NCBI GenBank assembly: GCA_966421005.1
Contig: CBJLAJ010000011.1
Coordinates: 10,202-74,201 of the forward strand
From: an uncultured Paraburkholderia sp.
GTDB lineage: Bacteria > Pseudomonadota > Gammaproteobacteria > Burkholderiales > Burkholderiaceae
DNA length: 64,000 bases
Direction: 5' to 3'
Below, in pieces: positions 22,984-35,161 of this stretch (position 1 is its first letter; each line of letters opens with the position of its first letter). The translations under genes were made by a program, and so were the position numbers. The notes under the pieces are model-generated. The model was not told where the DNA came from and ran no database searches. It was given only the letters and a program-made list of their open reading frames with translations.

Positions 22984-23757
22984 ATGCTGCGCGTGATTAC
23001 CGCTAACCTGAACGGCATTCGGTCTGCCGCGAAGAAAGGTTTCTTCGAATGGTTCGGCACACAGGAGGCCGACATTCTGTGCGTTCAGGAAGTCAAATGC
23101 TCGCAGGAGGACATGACGCCCGAGTTTCTCGCGCCGCACGACTTCACGGGCTACTTCCAGCACGCGGTCAAAAAGGGCTATAGCGGTGCTGGCCTCTACA
23201 CGCGCCGCCAGCCCGACGATGTCATCATCGGGTTCGGTAGCGCCGAATTCGATCCCGAAGGCCGCTATGTCGAAGCGCGTTTCGGCGAGCTCTCGATCGT
23301 TTCCGTGTATGTGCCGTCCGGTTCGAGCGGCGAAGAGCGTCAGCAGGCCAAGTACCGCTTCATGGGCGAATTCATGCCGCATCTCGCGAAGCTGCGCGAG
23401 ACGCGCGAGGTCATCCTCTGCGGTGACGTGAATATCGTGCACAAGGAAATCGACATCAAGAACTGGAAGAGCAATCAAAAGAATTCCGGCTGTCTGCCCG
23501 AGGAGCGGGCATGGCTCACCCAGCTCTTCGACGAAGTCGGCTATGTCGACGTCTTTCGCACGCTCGACACGCGGCCCGAGCAGTACACATGGTGGAGCAA
23601 CCGGGGACAGGCTTATGCCAAGAACGTCGGGTGGCGGATCGACTATCAGATCGCGACACCCGGCATCGCCGCGAAGGCAAAACGCACATCCATTTTCCGG
23701 GACATCAAGTTCAGCGATCACGCGCCGCTCACGGTCGATTACGATCACTGGGCGTAA
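22984..23757 (+). CDS. xth: Exodeoxyribonuclease III / AP endonuclease
   Basis: TANLNGIRSA, CVQE, GDVNIVH, YTWWSNRG, GWRIDY, SDHAP. Confidence 0.94.
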   Translation: MLRVITANLNGIRSAAKKGFFEWFGTQEADILCVQEVKCSQEDMTPEFLAPHDFTGYFQHAVKKGYSGAGLYTRRQPDDVIIGFGSAEFDPEGRYVEARFGELSIVSVYVPSGSSGEERQQAKYRFMGEFMPHLAKLRETREVILCGDVNIVHKEIDIKNWKSNQKNSGCLPEERAWLTQLFDEVGYVDVFRTLDTRPEQYTWWSNRGQAYAKNVGWRIDYQIATPGIAAKAKRTSIFRDIKFSDHAPLTVDYDHWA

Positions 23758-23834
23758 AACGCGGCGAGCGCCAACATGCGGCGCTCGTGTCTTGGGGCTG
23801 ACGTCCGGAGCTTCGCGGCACGGTTGCCGCGTGT

Positions 23835-25523
23835 TCAGTCGTCCCTCAGCCGCTCTTCGTAGAATCCCTGCATGAACGCGTGCCGCGCGGCATCGTGAAC
23901 CCGTTCCGTGGCTGTCTGCACGCCGATCGATTGCCGGGGAACCCCGTTGGTCTGGTCCCGCGCGGAGGGCCAGTATGGCAGCGCGGCGCCGCCCGAGCCG
24001 TTGTTGTTCGCGATGCGGCCTGGCAAGCCGCCGTCATTCGATCGATTCGGATCGCCCGTTTTGACGAAGCGTTCGATATAGCCCGAAAACGTAGTCGCGA
24101 CTTCTCGGTCGTCCGACGTCCAGGCATATCGAGGCTCGTTGTCCAGATTGCCGAGCACATATTCGACTTCGACGCCGTGTTCCGCGCCCGATGCCTTTGG
24201 CTGCCTGTCTGTTCGATCCGCCGACACCCGCCCCGGATGCGGATGCGTGTATCGATACAAATAGATTGGCGCGTCGCTCGTCGCCCGATGCAGCTGCATC
24301 CACTGCCAGACACTGTGGCCGACGAACACATCCGATGCGAGCGCGAAGCCCGAACGCACGACCTGTTCCCGATCGTTGCCCGGATAGTGCGTGAGCGCCT
24401 CATTGGCGCGTTCGAGAAAGATCGAACCGATCGCATGCCGCCAGTTTTCGGGCGTGGGCTCGGCGTCGCCGAGCACCAGGCTCAACGGGCGCTCGTGCGA
24501 ATTCGCGCCAGTCAGCAGCGGTACCTTCGCCTGCATGCCGTGGCGAAAGACCGACTCGGGCGTCACATTGAGGAAGTAGCCGTCGATGTTCGGCCAGAAC
24601 GGAAAGCGCGGCTTATCCGCGGGGCCGGTCGCGTCGAGCAGGACTTGAGCGGGTATCGCGCGTAGCGCGTCGATCGTAGGCGCGTTCATTTCCTGCGCGA
24701 AATGCCTGGCCGCTGTATCGGCTTCGCCGCGGCTCCAGAATTTGATGGGTTTGAAAGCGGCACCGCTTTCGCCAATGGCGCGCGCGAAAAGTCCCTTCGA
24801 AAGCGGCGATGCCATGTGAGCGCTCACGGAAATCGCGCCGGCCGACATTCCACCGATCGTCACTTTCGACGGGTCGCCGCCAAAACGCGCGATGTTCTCG
24901 CGCACCCAACGCAGCGCCGCGTATTGATCGAGCAGACCATAATTGCCTGCCGAGCCGTGGCTCGACTCGCGCGCCGCGTCCGGGTGCGCGAGGAAACCGA
25001 ACACGCCGAGCCGATAATTGACGGTGACCGTGACGATGTCGCGCGATGCGAGATTCGCCCCATCGTAGCGGCCTTTCGAAGCATCGCCTGCCTGGAAGCC
25101 GCCGCCGTGAAAATAGACGAGTACCGGTAGCTTTGCGTTTGTGTTGCGCGCCGGCGCCCAGACGTTCAGATAGAGGCAATCTTCGGACATCGCGGGGGAC
25201 CGGAACGATGTCGATTCCTCCGAAAACTGCATGCAGCGCGGCGCGAACCGAGTAGCTTGCCGCACGCCGGCCCAGCGCGCGACGGGCTGCGGCTCCCGCC
25301 AGCGATAGCTACCCATCGGCGGCGCGGCGTACGGGATGCCGCGAAAGACGCGCAGCTCGGTATCGTTCGTACGCATGTGCAATCCTTCGATCTCGCCATG
25401 AGGGAGTTGCACGCGCGGCGCAGCTGGGGGGTGCGCAGCGCGGCTTGTGCCCGGCAGCAGCGTCGCGAGCGATATCGCGGCCGCGGCAAGAACGTGGGGT
25501 GACGAACGAGTGAGCGATTTCAT
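23835..25523 (-). CDS. Secreted type-B carboxylesterase/lipase (paralog 1, nucleophile intact)
   Basis: Signal peptide; FRGIPYAAPP, SEDCLYLNVW, HGGGF, GNYGLLDQ, G-M-S-A-G nucleophile elbow, GAEHGVE catalytic His; start ATG 25523 chosen (25595 possible). Confidence 0.92.
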   Translation of the reverse strand: MKSLTRSSPHVLAAAAISLATLLPGTSRAAHPPAAPRVQLPHGEIEGLHMRTNDTELRVFRGIPYAAPPMGSYRWREPQPVARWAGVRQATRFAPRCMQFSEESTSFRSPAMSEDCLYLNVWAPARNTNAKLPVLVYFHGGGFQAGDASKGRYDGANLASRDIVTVTVNYRLGVFGFLAHPDAARESSHGSAGNYGLLDQYAALRWVRENIARFGGDPSKVTIGGMSAGAISVSAHMASPLSKGLFARAIGESGAAFKPIKFWSRGEADTAARHFAQEMNAPTIDALRAIPAQVLLDATGPADKPRFPFWPNIDGYFLNVTPESVFRHGMQAKVPLLTGANSHERPLSLVLGDAEPTPENWRHAIGSIFLERANEALTHYPGNDREQVVRSGFALASDVFVGHSVWQWMQLHRATSDAPIYLYRYTHPHPGRVSADRTDRQPKASGAEHGVEVEYVLGNLDNEPRYAWTSDDREVATTFSGYIERFVKTGDPNRSNDGGLPGRIANNNGSGGAALPYWPSARDQTNGVPRQSIGVQTATERVHDAARHAFMQGFYEERLRDD

Positions 25524-25610
25524 GATGTTTTTCCTCCGTGCGATTCGACGCAACACGACGGGGCGTCGAGGGTCGAGCGGGGAAATCATCGCCACGCACG
25601 GATTCGAGAT

Positions 25611-25636
25611 CGTCTCTTTATTCGAAATAGGACGAA
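25611..25636 (-). promoter_or_regulatory. Upstream motif shared with esterase paralog 2 (TTCGTCC-TAT-TTCGAA-TAAA-GAGACG, sense strand)
   Basis: 19/26 ungapped identity to 36994-37019; about 88 nt upstream of the start codon. Confidence 0.55.
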
Positions 25637-25699
25637 CGCACGCACGTGCACGCAGCGGCCGGGATCAGCGCCGCCCAGATTTGGGAAACCGTGTCTCGA

Positions 25700-26719
25700 T
25701 CAACGATTGCGCGTGGGCCGCGCTTTGGGCGATTTGACGCCCGGATAGTCAGGCAACCGGTCTGCCTCGACGCCGCGGGCTTTGGCGTATTGCGCGAGCA
25801 TGTCGGGCAGGCGCTTGATGATGTCGAGCCTGCGTGCTTCGCTGTAGGGATGAATGTGGATGAAGCCTGCGCCACGGTCGCCGCGTGTCGCGTCGGCCAG
25901 TTTGTCCCATAGCGAGAGCGCGGCGCGAGGATCGAAGCCGGCGCGCGCCGCGATGTCCGCGCCGATCACATCGGCCTCGGTTTCGTCGGTCGCATCGTAG
26001 CGCATGGCCAGAATCGGACCGCCAAGACCCGGCGCCTGGGGCGAGGCGCCGTCGAGCTCCGTTACACCGAAGAGCTGCGGCAGTGCTTCGGTGCCGAACG
26101 GCGCCGCTTGCTGCGCGCTGAGCCGGTCCCGCACCTGCTCGCGCAGCGCATGAGCGATCATGTGGCCGAACAACACGCCGAGCTCGTCGTCCTTGAGCCG
26201 CATGCGATCGAGAAGCCCGCTATAGACGACGAGCTTGCCGCCCGGCAGACAGAACATGCCAATCTCGCGCGAGCGCACGACATTGACCTCCCATCGCCAA
26301 TCCTTGACGCGCTCGCTCCACTTATCGGCGAAAGGCGCCACGCGCATGACGATCGAGCGTATCCGCTCGACTCTCGGATCGCTCGACGGCAGCAGCCGGC
26401 CCTCGTTGCGCGCCCGCTCGATCAACTGCATGTACTCGACGGCGGATTGCGCTTCGACGAGCGGCGACGGAATGAGATTGCGGAACGTCGGGCCGTTGCC
26501 GAAACGCACGGCCGCGTTCGGCGCAAGCGCTGCCGGCGCCGGAGCGGATGCGGCAGACGGCTGGCTTGTGGCCGCGCCTGTACCGGCATTGGCGGCGGCT
26601 AGCGCTGGCGGGACCGCCAGCAATAGCAAAAGTCCGGCACCCGATGCGAGCGCGCAGACGATGAGCTGTGTCGGCATCGTGCGACGGGCCGAACGGCGCG
26701 CGGCAAGCCCGCTCCTCAT
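25700..26719 (-). CDS. M48 family metallopeptidase (exported)
   Basis: WEVNVVRS, FCLPGGKLVVYSGL, ETEADVIG, AGFDP. The zinc motif reads HMIAH rather than HExxH. ATG overlaps the ampG stop. Confidence 0.85.
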   Translation of the reverse strand: MRSGLAARRSARRTMPTQLIVCALASGAGLLLLLAVPPALAAANAGTGAATSQPSAASAPAPAALAPNAAVRFGNGPTFRNLIPSPLVEAQSAVEYMQLIERARNEGRLLPSSDPRVERIRSIVMRVAPFADKWSERVKDWRWEVNVVRSREIGMFCLPGGKLVVYSGLLDRMRLKDDELGVLFGHMIAHALREQVRDRLSAQQAAPFGTEALPQLFGVTELDGASPQAPGLGGPILAMRYDATDETEADVIGADIAARAGFDPRAALSLWDKLADATRGDRGAGFIHIHPYSEARRLDIIKRLPDMLAQYAKARGVEADRLPDYPGVKSPKARPTRNR

Positions 26720-28002
26720 GCGCGCGAACTCCATGGCGCGACTTTCGGCAATAGCAGCATGCCGGGCACCGCAAGCAGCGCGCAAAGAAAGAAATAGTCG
26801 AACCAGCCGATTTTCGTGACGATGAAGCCGCTCGCCGCCGAGGCGAGCGTCCGGGGAACCGAGGCAAGGCTCGTGAACAGCGCGAACTGCGTTGCGGTAT
26901 AGCGCGGATCGGTGGTGCTCGCGATATAGGCGGTGAAGGCTGCGAGCGTCAAGCCGGTGGCGAATGTCTCGAAGCCATAGATGAGCGCGAGCGCGGCGGG
27001 CGACGGGCCGATCTTCGCAAGCCAGGCGAAGCCGAGCGTCGACACGATCTGCACCACGCCGAATACCCAGAGTCCGCGGGCGATACCGACTTTCACGAGC
27101 CACGCGCCGCCGATGATGCCGCCCGCAAGGCTGGCCCAGAACGCTGTCGTTTTGGCGATCACCCCAATCTCGGTCTTGTCGAAGCCGATGTCGAGAAAGA
27201 AAGAGGTGGACAGCGTGGTCGCCATCACATCCCCGAGCTTGTATAGGAAGATGAAGGCGAGAATCAGCAGGGCCGCGCTCCAGCCATCGCGCGAGACGAA
27301 CTCGGTAAAGGGTTGCACGATAGCGGCGCGCAGGTCCTTCGGCGTCTCGCCGCTGACCCGCGGCTCGCGCACGACGAGCGTCAATACGATGCCGGGCAGC
27401 ATGAAAGCGGCCGTGGCAGCGAAGACGACGGTCCACGGCAGGTGATCGGAGAGGATCAGCGAAAGCGAGCCCGGGATCAACGCCGCGACCTTGTACGCAT
27501 TCACATGTACCGCGTTGCCGAGCCCCTGCTCGGTATCGGCCAGCAATTCACGGCGATAGGCATCGATGACGATGTCCTGGCTCGCGCCGAAAAATGCGAC
27601 GAGCGCAGTGAGTGCGGCGACGGTCCAGATGTCCTCGCGCGGCGAAACGAAGCCCAGCCCCGCGATGGCTCCGCCGACGAGCAATTGCGTGGCCAGCATC
27701 CAGCCGCGTCGGCGGCCCGGACGCCAGCCGGGCAGCCGGGGAACGTACCGGTCCATCAGTGGCGCCCAGACGAACTTCCAGGTGTACGGGAACTGGATCA
27801 GTGCAAAAAGACCGATTTCCTTGAGGTTGACCCCTTCGGAGCGCAGCCAGGCTTGCACGAGATAGACGAGCGTAAAAAGCGGCAGCCCCGACGTGAAGCC
27901 GAGAAAGACGCAGATCAGCATGTGCCGGTTGAGGAATGCCCGCCAGCCGGGATGGTCCTCGTGAGCGCCCAGCGCGGCGTGCTCGTGCGGCGGGTTCGGC
28001 AT
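26716..28002 (-). CDS. ampG: Muropeptide MFS permease AmpG
   Basis: LGFTSGLP, KFVWAPLMD, GRRRGW, SQDIVIDAYR, YKLGD, TATQFAL. Confidence 0.94.
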   Translation of the reverse strand: MPNPPHEHAALGAHEDHPGWRAFLNRHMLICVFLGFTSGLPLFTLVYLVQAWLRSEGVNLKEIGLFALIQFPYTWKFVWAPLMDRYVPRLPGWRPGRRRGWMLATQLLVGGAIAGLGFVSPREDIWTVAALTALVAFFGASQDIVIDAYRRELLADTEQGLGNAVHVNAYKVAALIPGSLSLILSDHLPWTVVFAATAAFMLPGIVLTLVVREPRVSGETPKDLRAAIVQPFTEFVSRDGWSAALLILAFIFLYKLGDVMATTLSTSFFLDIGFDKTEIGVIAKTTAFWASLAGGIIGGAWLVKVGIARGLWVFGVVQIVSTLGFAWLAKIGPSPAALALIYGFETFATGLTLAAFTAYIASTTDPRYTATQFALFTSLASVPRTLASAASGFIVTKIGWFDYFFLCALLAVPGMLLLPKVAPWSSRA

Positions 28003-28042
28003 ATCTCGTTTGATAAGTGGCCTCTTGGAATAGTGTGCGGCG

Positions 28043-28675
28043 TCAGCCCGGGGACGGAACGCCCGGCGCGCCGCGCTTCACGCGATAGACCGCAAGACTA
28101 CCACGCCAGTTTCGGCCCCAGCGCACGGCGCGGCCTCCATGCAGCACGACGCGATCGAGGATCTCGATACCCACTTCTGGCGCGAGCGCTTCGAAGTCTT
28201 CGATCGTCAGTACGCGTACGTTCGGCGTGTTGTGCCACTGATAAGGTAGCGAACGGGAAACCGGCATGCGCCCGCGCAGCACCGACAGCCGATGCGGCCA
28301 GTAACCGAAATTCGGAAACGAGACGATGCATTGCTTGCCGACGCGCACCGTTTCGCGCAGGATCGCGGCCGTTTGGTGAATCGTCTGCAGCGTTTGAGAG
28401 AGGATCGCGAAGTCGAAGCTGTCGTCTTCGAACAGCCGCAGGCCATCTTCGAGGTTCTGCTGAATGACGTTCACGCCGTGTTTGACGCACGCGAGCACGC
28501 CCGCATCGTTGATCTCGATGCCGTAGCCGCGCACGTCGAGTTCTTCACCGAGCAGCGCGAGCAGCGCACCATCGCCGCAGCCGAGATCGAGCACGCTCGA
28601 GCGGGGCTCGACCCAGCGCGCGATGGCACGAAAATCGGCTCGTGTGGAGAGCGAATCGATAGCGGTCTGATTCAT
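28043..28675 (-). CDS. metW: Methionine biosynthesis protein MetW
   Basis: [29 protein letters not shown]; follows metX. Confidence 0.94.
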   Translation of the reverse strand: MNQTAIDSLSTRADFRAIARWVEPRSSVLDLGCGDGALLALLGEELDVRGYGIEINDAGVLACVKHGVNVIQQNLEDGLRLFEDDSFDFAILSQTLQTIHQTAAILRETVRVGKQCIVSFPNFGYWPHRLSVLRGRMPVSRSLPYQWHNTPNVRVLTIEDFEALAPEVGIEILDRVVLHGGRAVRWGRNWRGSLAVYRVKRGAPGVPSPG

Positions 28676-29850
28676 GCGCCAACCTCCTCGGCAATGCGCG
28701 TGTAATAGGCGCGCAGCAGATTGTGATAGCGCGCATCGTCGAGCAGAAACGCGTCGTGGCCGTGCGGCGCGTCGATTTCCGCGTAAGTGACCTGCCGCTT
28801 GTGGTCTAGCAGCGCTTTGACGATCTCGCGCGAGCGCGCGGGCGCGAAGCGCCAGTCGGTGCTGAAGCTGACGACCAGATATTTCGCGCTCGTCATGGCG
28901 AGCGCGGCAGTCAGATCGCCGCCGAACGCGCGGGCCGGGTCGAAGTAGTCGAGCGCGCGCGTGATGAGCAGGTAAGTATTCGCATCGAAGTAATCGGCGA
29001 ACTTGTCGCCCTGGTAGCGCAGATACGACTCGACTTCGAATTCGACGTCGAAATTGAAATTGTAGGCAGCGGCATCAGTGGCGCCGCCCTCGCCGTTTCC
29101 ACCGTTTATACGGTTTTCACGGCGCAGCGCACGGCCGAATTTCGTGGCCATGTCGTCGTCGGACAAGTAGGTGATATGGCCGATCATGCGCGCGACACGC
29201 AGGCCGCGCCTCGGTTTGACACCGTGCGCGTAGTAGTCGCCGCCGTGAAAATCCGGATCGGAGAGAATCGCCGAGCGTGCCACTTCGTTGAACGCGATGT
29301 TCTGCGCCGAGAGCTTCGGTGTCGAGGCGATGTCGATGCAGTGGGCCACCCGCTCCGGGTACATCGTGCTCCAGGCAAGCGCCTGCATGCCGCCGAGGCT
29401 GCCACCCATCACCGCGGCGAAACGCTCGATGCCGAACGCATCGGCTACGCGCGCCTGGGCATTGACCCAGTCCTCGACGGTGACGACTGGAAAGCTCGCG
29501 CCATACGGGCGGCCGGTCGCGGGATTGATGCTCATCGGCCCTGTCGAGCCGAAGCACGAACCGAGGTTGTTCACGCCGATGACGAAGAACCGCTCGGTGT
29601 CGAGCGGCTTGCCCGGGCCGACGAGGTTATCCCACCAGCCGACGTTTTTCGGTTGATCCGCGTAGACCCCGGCTACATGATGCGAGGCATTGAGCGCATG
29701 GCAGACGAGTACGGCGTTCGAGCGTGCGGCATTGAGCGTGCCGTACGTTTCGATCATGAGATCGTAGCCCGCGAGCGTGCTGCCGTTTTGCAGCGCGAGC
29801 GGCTCATTGAACTGCATCCGTTGTGGCGTGACGATACCGATCGATTCCAT
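28672..29850 (-). CDS. metX: Homoserine O-acyltransferase MetX
   Basis: [32 protein letters not shown]. Confidence 0.96.
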   Translation of the reverse strand: MESIGIVTPQRMQFNEPLALQNGSTLAGYDLMIETYGTLNAARSNAVLVCHALNASHHVAGVYADQPKNVGWWDNLVGPGKPLDTERFFVIGVNNLGSCFGSTGPMSINPATGRPYGASFPVVTVEDWVNAQARVADAFGIERFAAVMGGSLGGMQALAWSTMYPERVAHCIDIASTPKLSAQNIAFNEVARSAILSDPDFHGGDYYAHGVKPRRGLRVARMIGHITYLSDDDMATKFGRALRRENRINGGNGEGGATDAAAYNFNFDVEFEVESYLRYQGDKFADYFDANTYLLITRALDYFDPARAFGGDLTAALAMTSAKYLVVSFSTDWRFAPARSREIVKALLDHKRQVTYAEIDAPHGHDAFLLDDARYHNLLRAYYTRIAEEVGA

Positions 29851-29920
29851 TCATTCCGCCTCATGACAGGGCGGCTAAACGGTGTCGGCGATGCGCGGCG
29901 GAAAAGACGTGCGCGGCTGA

Positions 29921-30001
29921 CGACCTCTTTAGCCGCATTTATAGTGAACCCCTCTTTCGTGGGATTCGCGCGCCCGCAATCGAGTCGACAAATCGGCGCG
30001 C
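29921..30001 (-). ncRNA. SAM-II (SAM-alpha type) riboswitch aptamer upstream of metX, with a hairpin inserted in L3
   Basis: Sense strand GCGCGCC-GAUUU-GUCGACUCGA-UUGC-G-GGCGCGC...AUAAAUGCG-GCUAAAGAG-GUCG: P1 stem, GAUUU loop, UUGC/GC(U)AA pseudoknot; upstream of a Met biosynthesis gene. Confidence 0.88.
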
Positions 30002-30100
30002 AGCTTGCACTCGAAGCTCGAGTTACCCGGCGCGGCGCCCCTATCGAGGGCCGCGTTCGGCAAGCAGACGGCAAAGGATAGCGGAAATCCGGCGCACGCG

Positions 30101-30784
30101 CTATTGGAGAATCAGCCGCAATTCGGCGTCGGCATGCTCGGCCGGCGCCCGGGCAAAGCCGCTTCGCGCGTAGCGGTGCCAGCGGCCGAGCACATAGCTG
30201 ACGAGCAGACTGGCGCGCAGCGCGGGATCGTACTCGGGCGGCAGCGGGGCCGCTGCGCCAGGTGCGCCCTGGTTCGCCTCCATCAGCGCGATGCGCAGGC
30301 ATTGCTTCACCGACGCCTCCACGCGTTCCAGCATCTGCGTGACGCGCGAGCTCAGGCGCTCGTGCTCGCCGACGAGCGCCTCGCCCGTCAGCACGCGCGT
30401 CATACCGGGGTTCGTTGCCGCGAAATTCAGCAACATGACGCCAATCGCGCGCGCCTGCAGCACGCCGTTCGGCTCCTTCGCCGCGATCTGGTTGATGAGC
30501 CCGAAAAACGTGCTTTCGATGAACTCGATCAGCGCCTCGAACATCTGCGCCTTGCTCGCGAATTGCCGGTAGAGCGCGGCTTCGGAGACGCCGAGTCGGG
30601 CGGCGAGCGCGGCTGTCGTGATTTTCTCGCCTTTCGGCGCTTCGAGCATTGCGGCGAGCGTGCGCAGGATGTGCAGGCGCCGCTCGCCCGGTTTCATGCG
30701 CGGCGCCTTGCCGGCGCCCGTGCCGGTCGCTATACCTTCGGCCTCGGCATCGAGGGTCGCTGCTTGCGGTTCAGTCGAGCGCAT
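30101..30784 (-). CDS. slmA: Nucleoid occlusion factor SlmA (TetR family)
   Basis: KITTAALAARLGVSEAALYRQFASKAQMFEALIEFIE, NPGMTRVLTGEAL. Confidence 0.9.
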   Translation of the reverse strand: MRSTEPQAATLDAEAEGIATGTGAGKAPRMKPGERRLHILRTLAAMLEAPKGEKITTAALAARLGVSEAALYRQFASKAQMFEALIEFIESTFFGLINQIAAKEPNGVLQARAIGVMLLNFAATNPGMTRVLTGEALVGEHERLSSRVTQMLERVEASVKQCLRIALMEANQGAPGAAAPLPPEYDPALRASLLVSYVLGRWHRYARSGFARAPAEHADAELRLILQ

Positions 30785-31526
30785 GGGAGCTCCGCGAGAT
30801 GACTCGTCGGAGCGATTTTAGCGAACGAATGCGGCTATCGACATAGTGGGGGCGTCCCGTACCCGGCATCCGGGGCGTGCCGCGTTCGTCGCGCACCGGC
30901 GCGATCAGGTGCCCGACGATCCAGACGGTGCCGATCCCGAGGCGCCGGTAGCGCTTCAAATGGGAGCGCGTGTCCTCGACCAGCACGGCTTCGGCTAGCC
31001 GCACCCGCGCGGCGCGCAATACGTGGCGCAGCATCGCGAGGTCGGGTTTCGCGTGCCACTGGCCCCTGCGGCGCATATGTTCGATGGCGACGACCCGCTC
31101 GAAAAGGCGCTCGATGCCGAGTTCGCCAAGCACGGCGCGTGCGTAGCGCTCGGGCGCATTGGTCAGCACGATCTTGCGGCCCGGCAGGGCGGCGATCAGC
31201 CGCGCCAACCCCCGCTCCGCGTGCAGCATCTGGCGCAGCTCGGGCATCGCATGGGCGACACGCAGGAACTCGTGCGGATCGATCGGATGGTGACGCGCCA
31301 GGCCGAGCAGTGTCGCGCCGTAGCGCCGTACGTAGCCGATCCGCAATTGATCCGCTTCGGCGCGCCCGATGCCGAGCGCGTCGATGATATAGCGCGTCAT
31401 CCCCTCGTTGATGGCGGGAAAGATGGCGTGCGACGCGCGATGCAGCGTGTTGTCGAGATCGAAGAGCCAGACCGGGCCGCTGCCACGATGAGGCGGACGG
31501 CGCCGGCGGGGAACGGGAATGGGCAT
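30771..31526 (-). CDS. HAD-family pyrimidine 5'-nucleotidase-like hydrolase
   Basis: WLFDLDNTL, VLTNAP, AKPD, LVEDT; argB-HAD-slmA synteny. Confidence 0.88.
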   Translation of the reverse strand: MPIPVPRRRRPPHRGSGPVWLFDLDNTLHRASHAIFPAINEGMTRYIIDALGIGRAEADQLRIGYVRRYGATLLGLARHHPIDPHEFLRVAHAMPELRQMLHAERGLARLIAALPGRKIVLTNAPERYARAVLGELGIERLFERVVAIEHMRRRGQWHAKPDLAMLRHVLRAARVRLAEAVLVEDTRSHLKRYRRLGIGTVWIVGHLIAPVRDERGTPRMPGTGRPHYVDSRIRSLKSLRRVISRSSHALD

Positions 31527-31599
31527 GGCGTTCAGGCTAAGCGGCGGCGCGGCGCGCCGTGGCCGGCGAGAGCCGTGCCGCGCTTCTTGCCCCTTGAGC

Positions 31600-34232
<2,633 letters not shown>

Positions 34233-34236
<4 letters not shown>

Positions 34237-34775
34237 GCGACACCTCTTTTCTCGTCATCGACGACGACGAGGTCTTTTCAGGCATTCTTGCGCGCGGCCT
34301 GACGCGCCGTGGCTACGACGTCCATCAGGCGCACAGCGCCCAGGAGGCGATTCGGCTTGCCAACGAGCATAAATTCGAGCTGATCACGGTCGATTTGCAT
34401 CTCGGCGGCGATTCGGGCCTGAACCTCGTTGCGCCGCTGCGCGACCTTCAGCCCGATGCGCGCATGCTGGTGCTGACCGGTTACGCGAGCATCGCGACGG
34501 CCGTGCAGGCGGTGAAGGACGGTGCGGACAACTACCTCGCGAAGCCGGCCAACATCGAGACGATCCTGAGCGCGCTGAAGGAAGAGGCGAGCGCTGAGCA
34601 AGCGGAGGCCGCACTTGAAAGCCCCGCGCTGCTTTCCGTGGCGCGGCTCGAATGGGAGCACATCCAGCGCGCGCTGGCCGAGAATGGCGGCAATATTTCG
34701 GCCACGGCGAGAGCGCTCAATATGCATCGGCGGACGCTGCAAAGGAAGCTGGCGAAGCGGCCGGTGAAGCAGTAA
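34233..34775 (+). CDS. regA: RegA/PrrA-type response regulator
   Basis: VIDDDE, TVDLHL, TGYASIATAV, NYLAKP, EWEHIQR, NISATARALNMHRRTLQRKL. Confidence 0.93.
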
Positions 34776-34806
34776 TACTTCGGCGAACGATCTGCCGGTC
34801 AATCTC

Positions 34807-35040
34807 ATGGAACGTTACGGCAATCTGAGCGGCCGATCGGGCGTTGTGTCCTATGAGATTGGCCGAGGAAGCATCGCGGTGGAGTTCACGGACGGCTGGA
34901 TCTATCTGTACACGGTACAAGTCACAGGCGCTGACGATGTGGCCGAAATGCGGCGCTTGGCGCGCGCGGGCTCAGGGCTGAGCACTTATATCAGCCGCTT
35001 CGTCAGAGAGCGCTATGCGCGCAAGTATCGCCGCGATTGA
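34807..35040 (+). CDS. Small hypothetical protein (KTSC-like by eye)
   Basis: 77 aa MERYGNLSGRSGVVSYEIGRGSIAVEFTDGWIYLY...GSGLSTYISR; compact, non-shadow ORF. Confidence 0.7.
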   Translation: MERYGNLSGRSGVVSYEIGRGSIAVEFTDGWIYLYTVQVTGADDVAEMRRLARAGSGLSTYISRFVRERYARKYRRD

Positions 35041-35161
35041 ACGCGTCATCTGAAAACACGAGTGGCTGGAATTCCAGGATGGGAGGCATCGAGTGCCGAC
35101 GCGGGCACGCCGGCGCTCAATGCCTCCCGGCCGTCAACGGACGACGGCCGGCGAACACAGG

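Noticed and set aside
25585-25640. Esterase upstream motif as a PIP/hrpII box (TTCG-N16-TTCG)
   Set aside because: The two TTCG half-sites are only 5-6 nt apart, not 15-16, so it is kept as an unassigned motif.
29060-29125. Gly/Asn-rich insertion in MetX ([19 protein letters not shown])
   Set aside because: A short in-frame insertion in what is probably a variable loop; catalytic motifs are intact.
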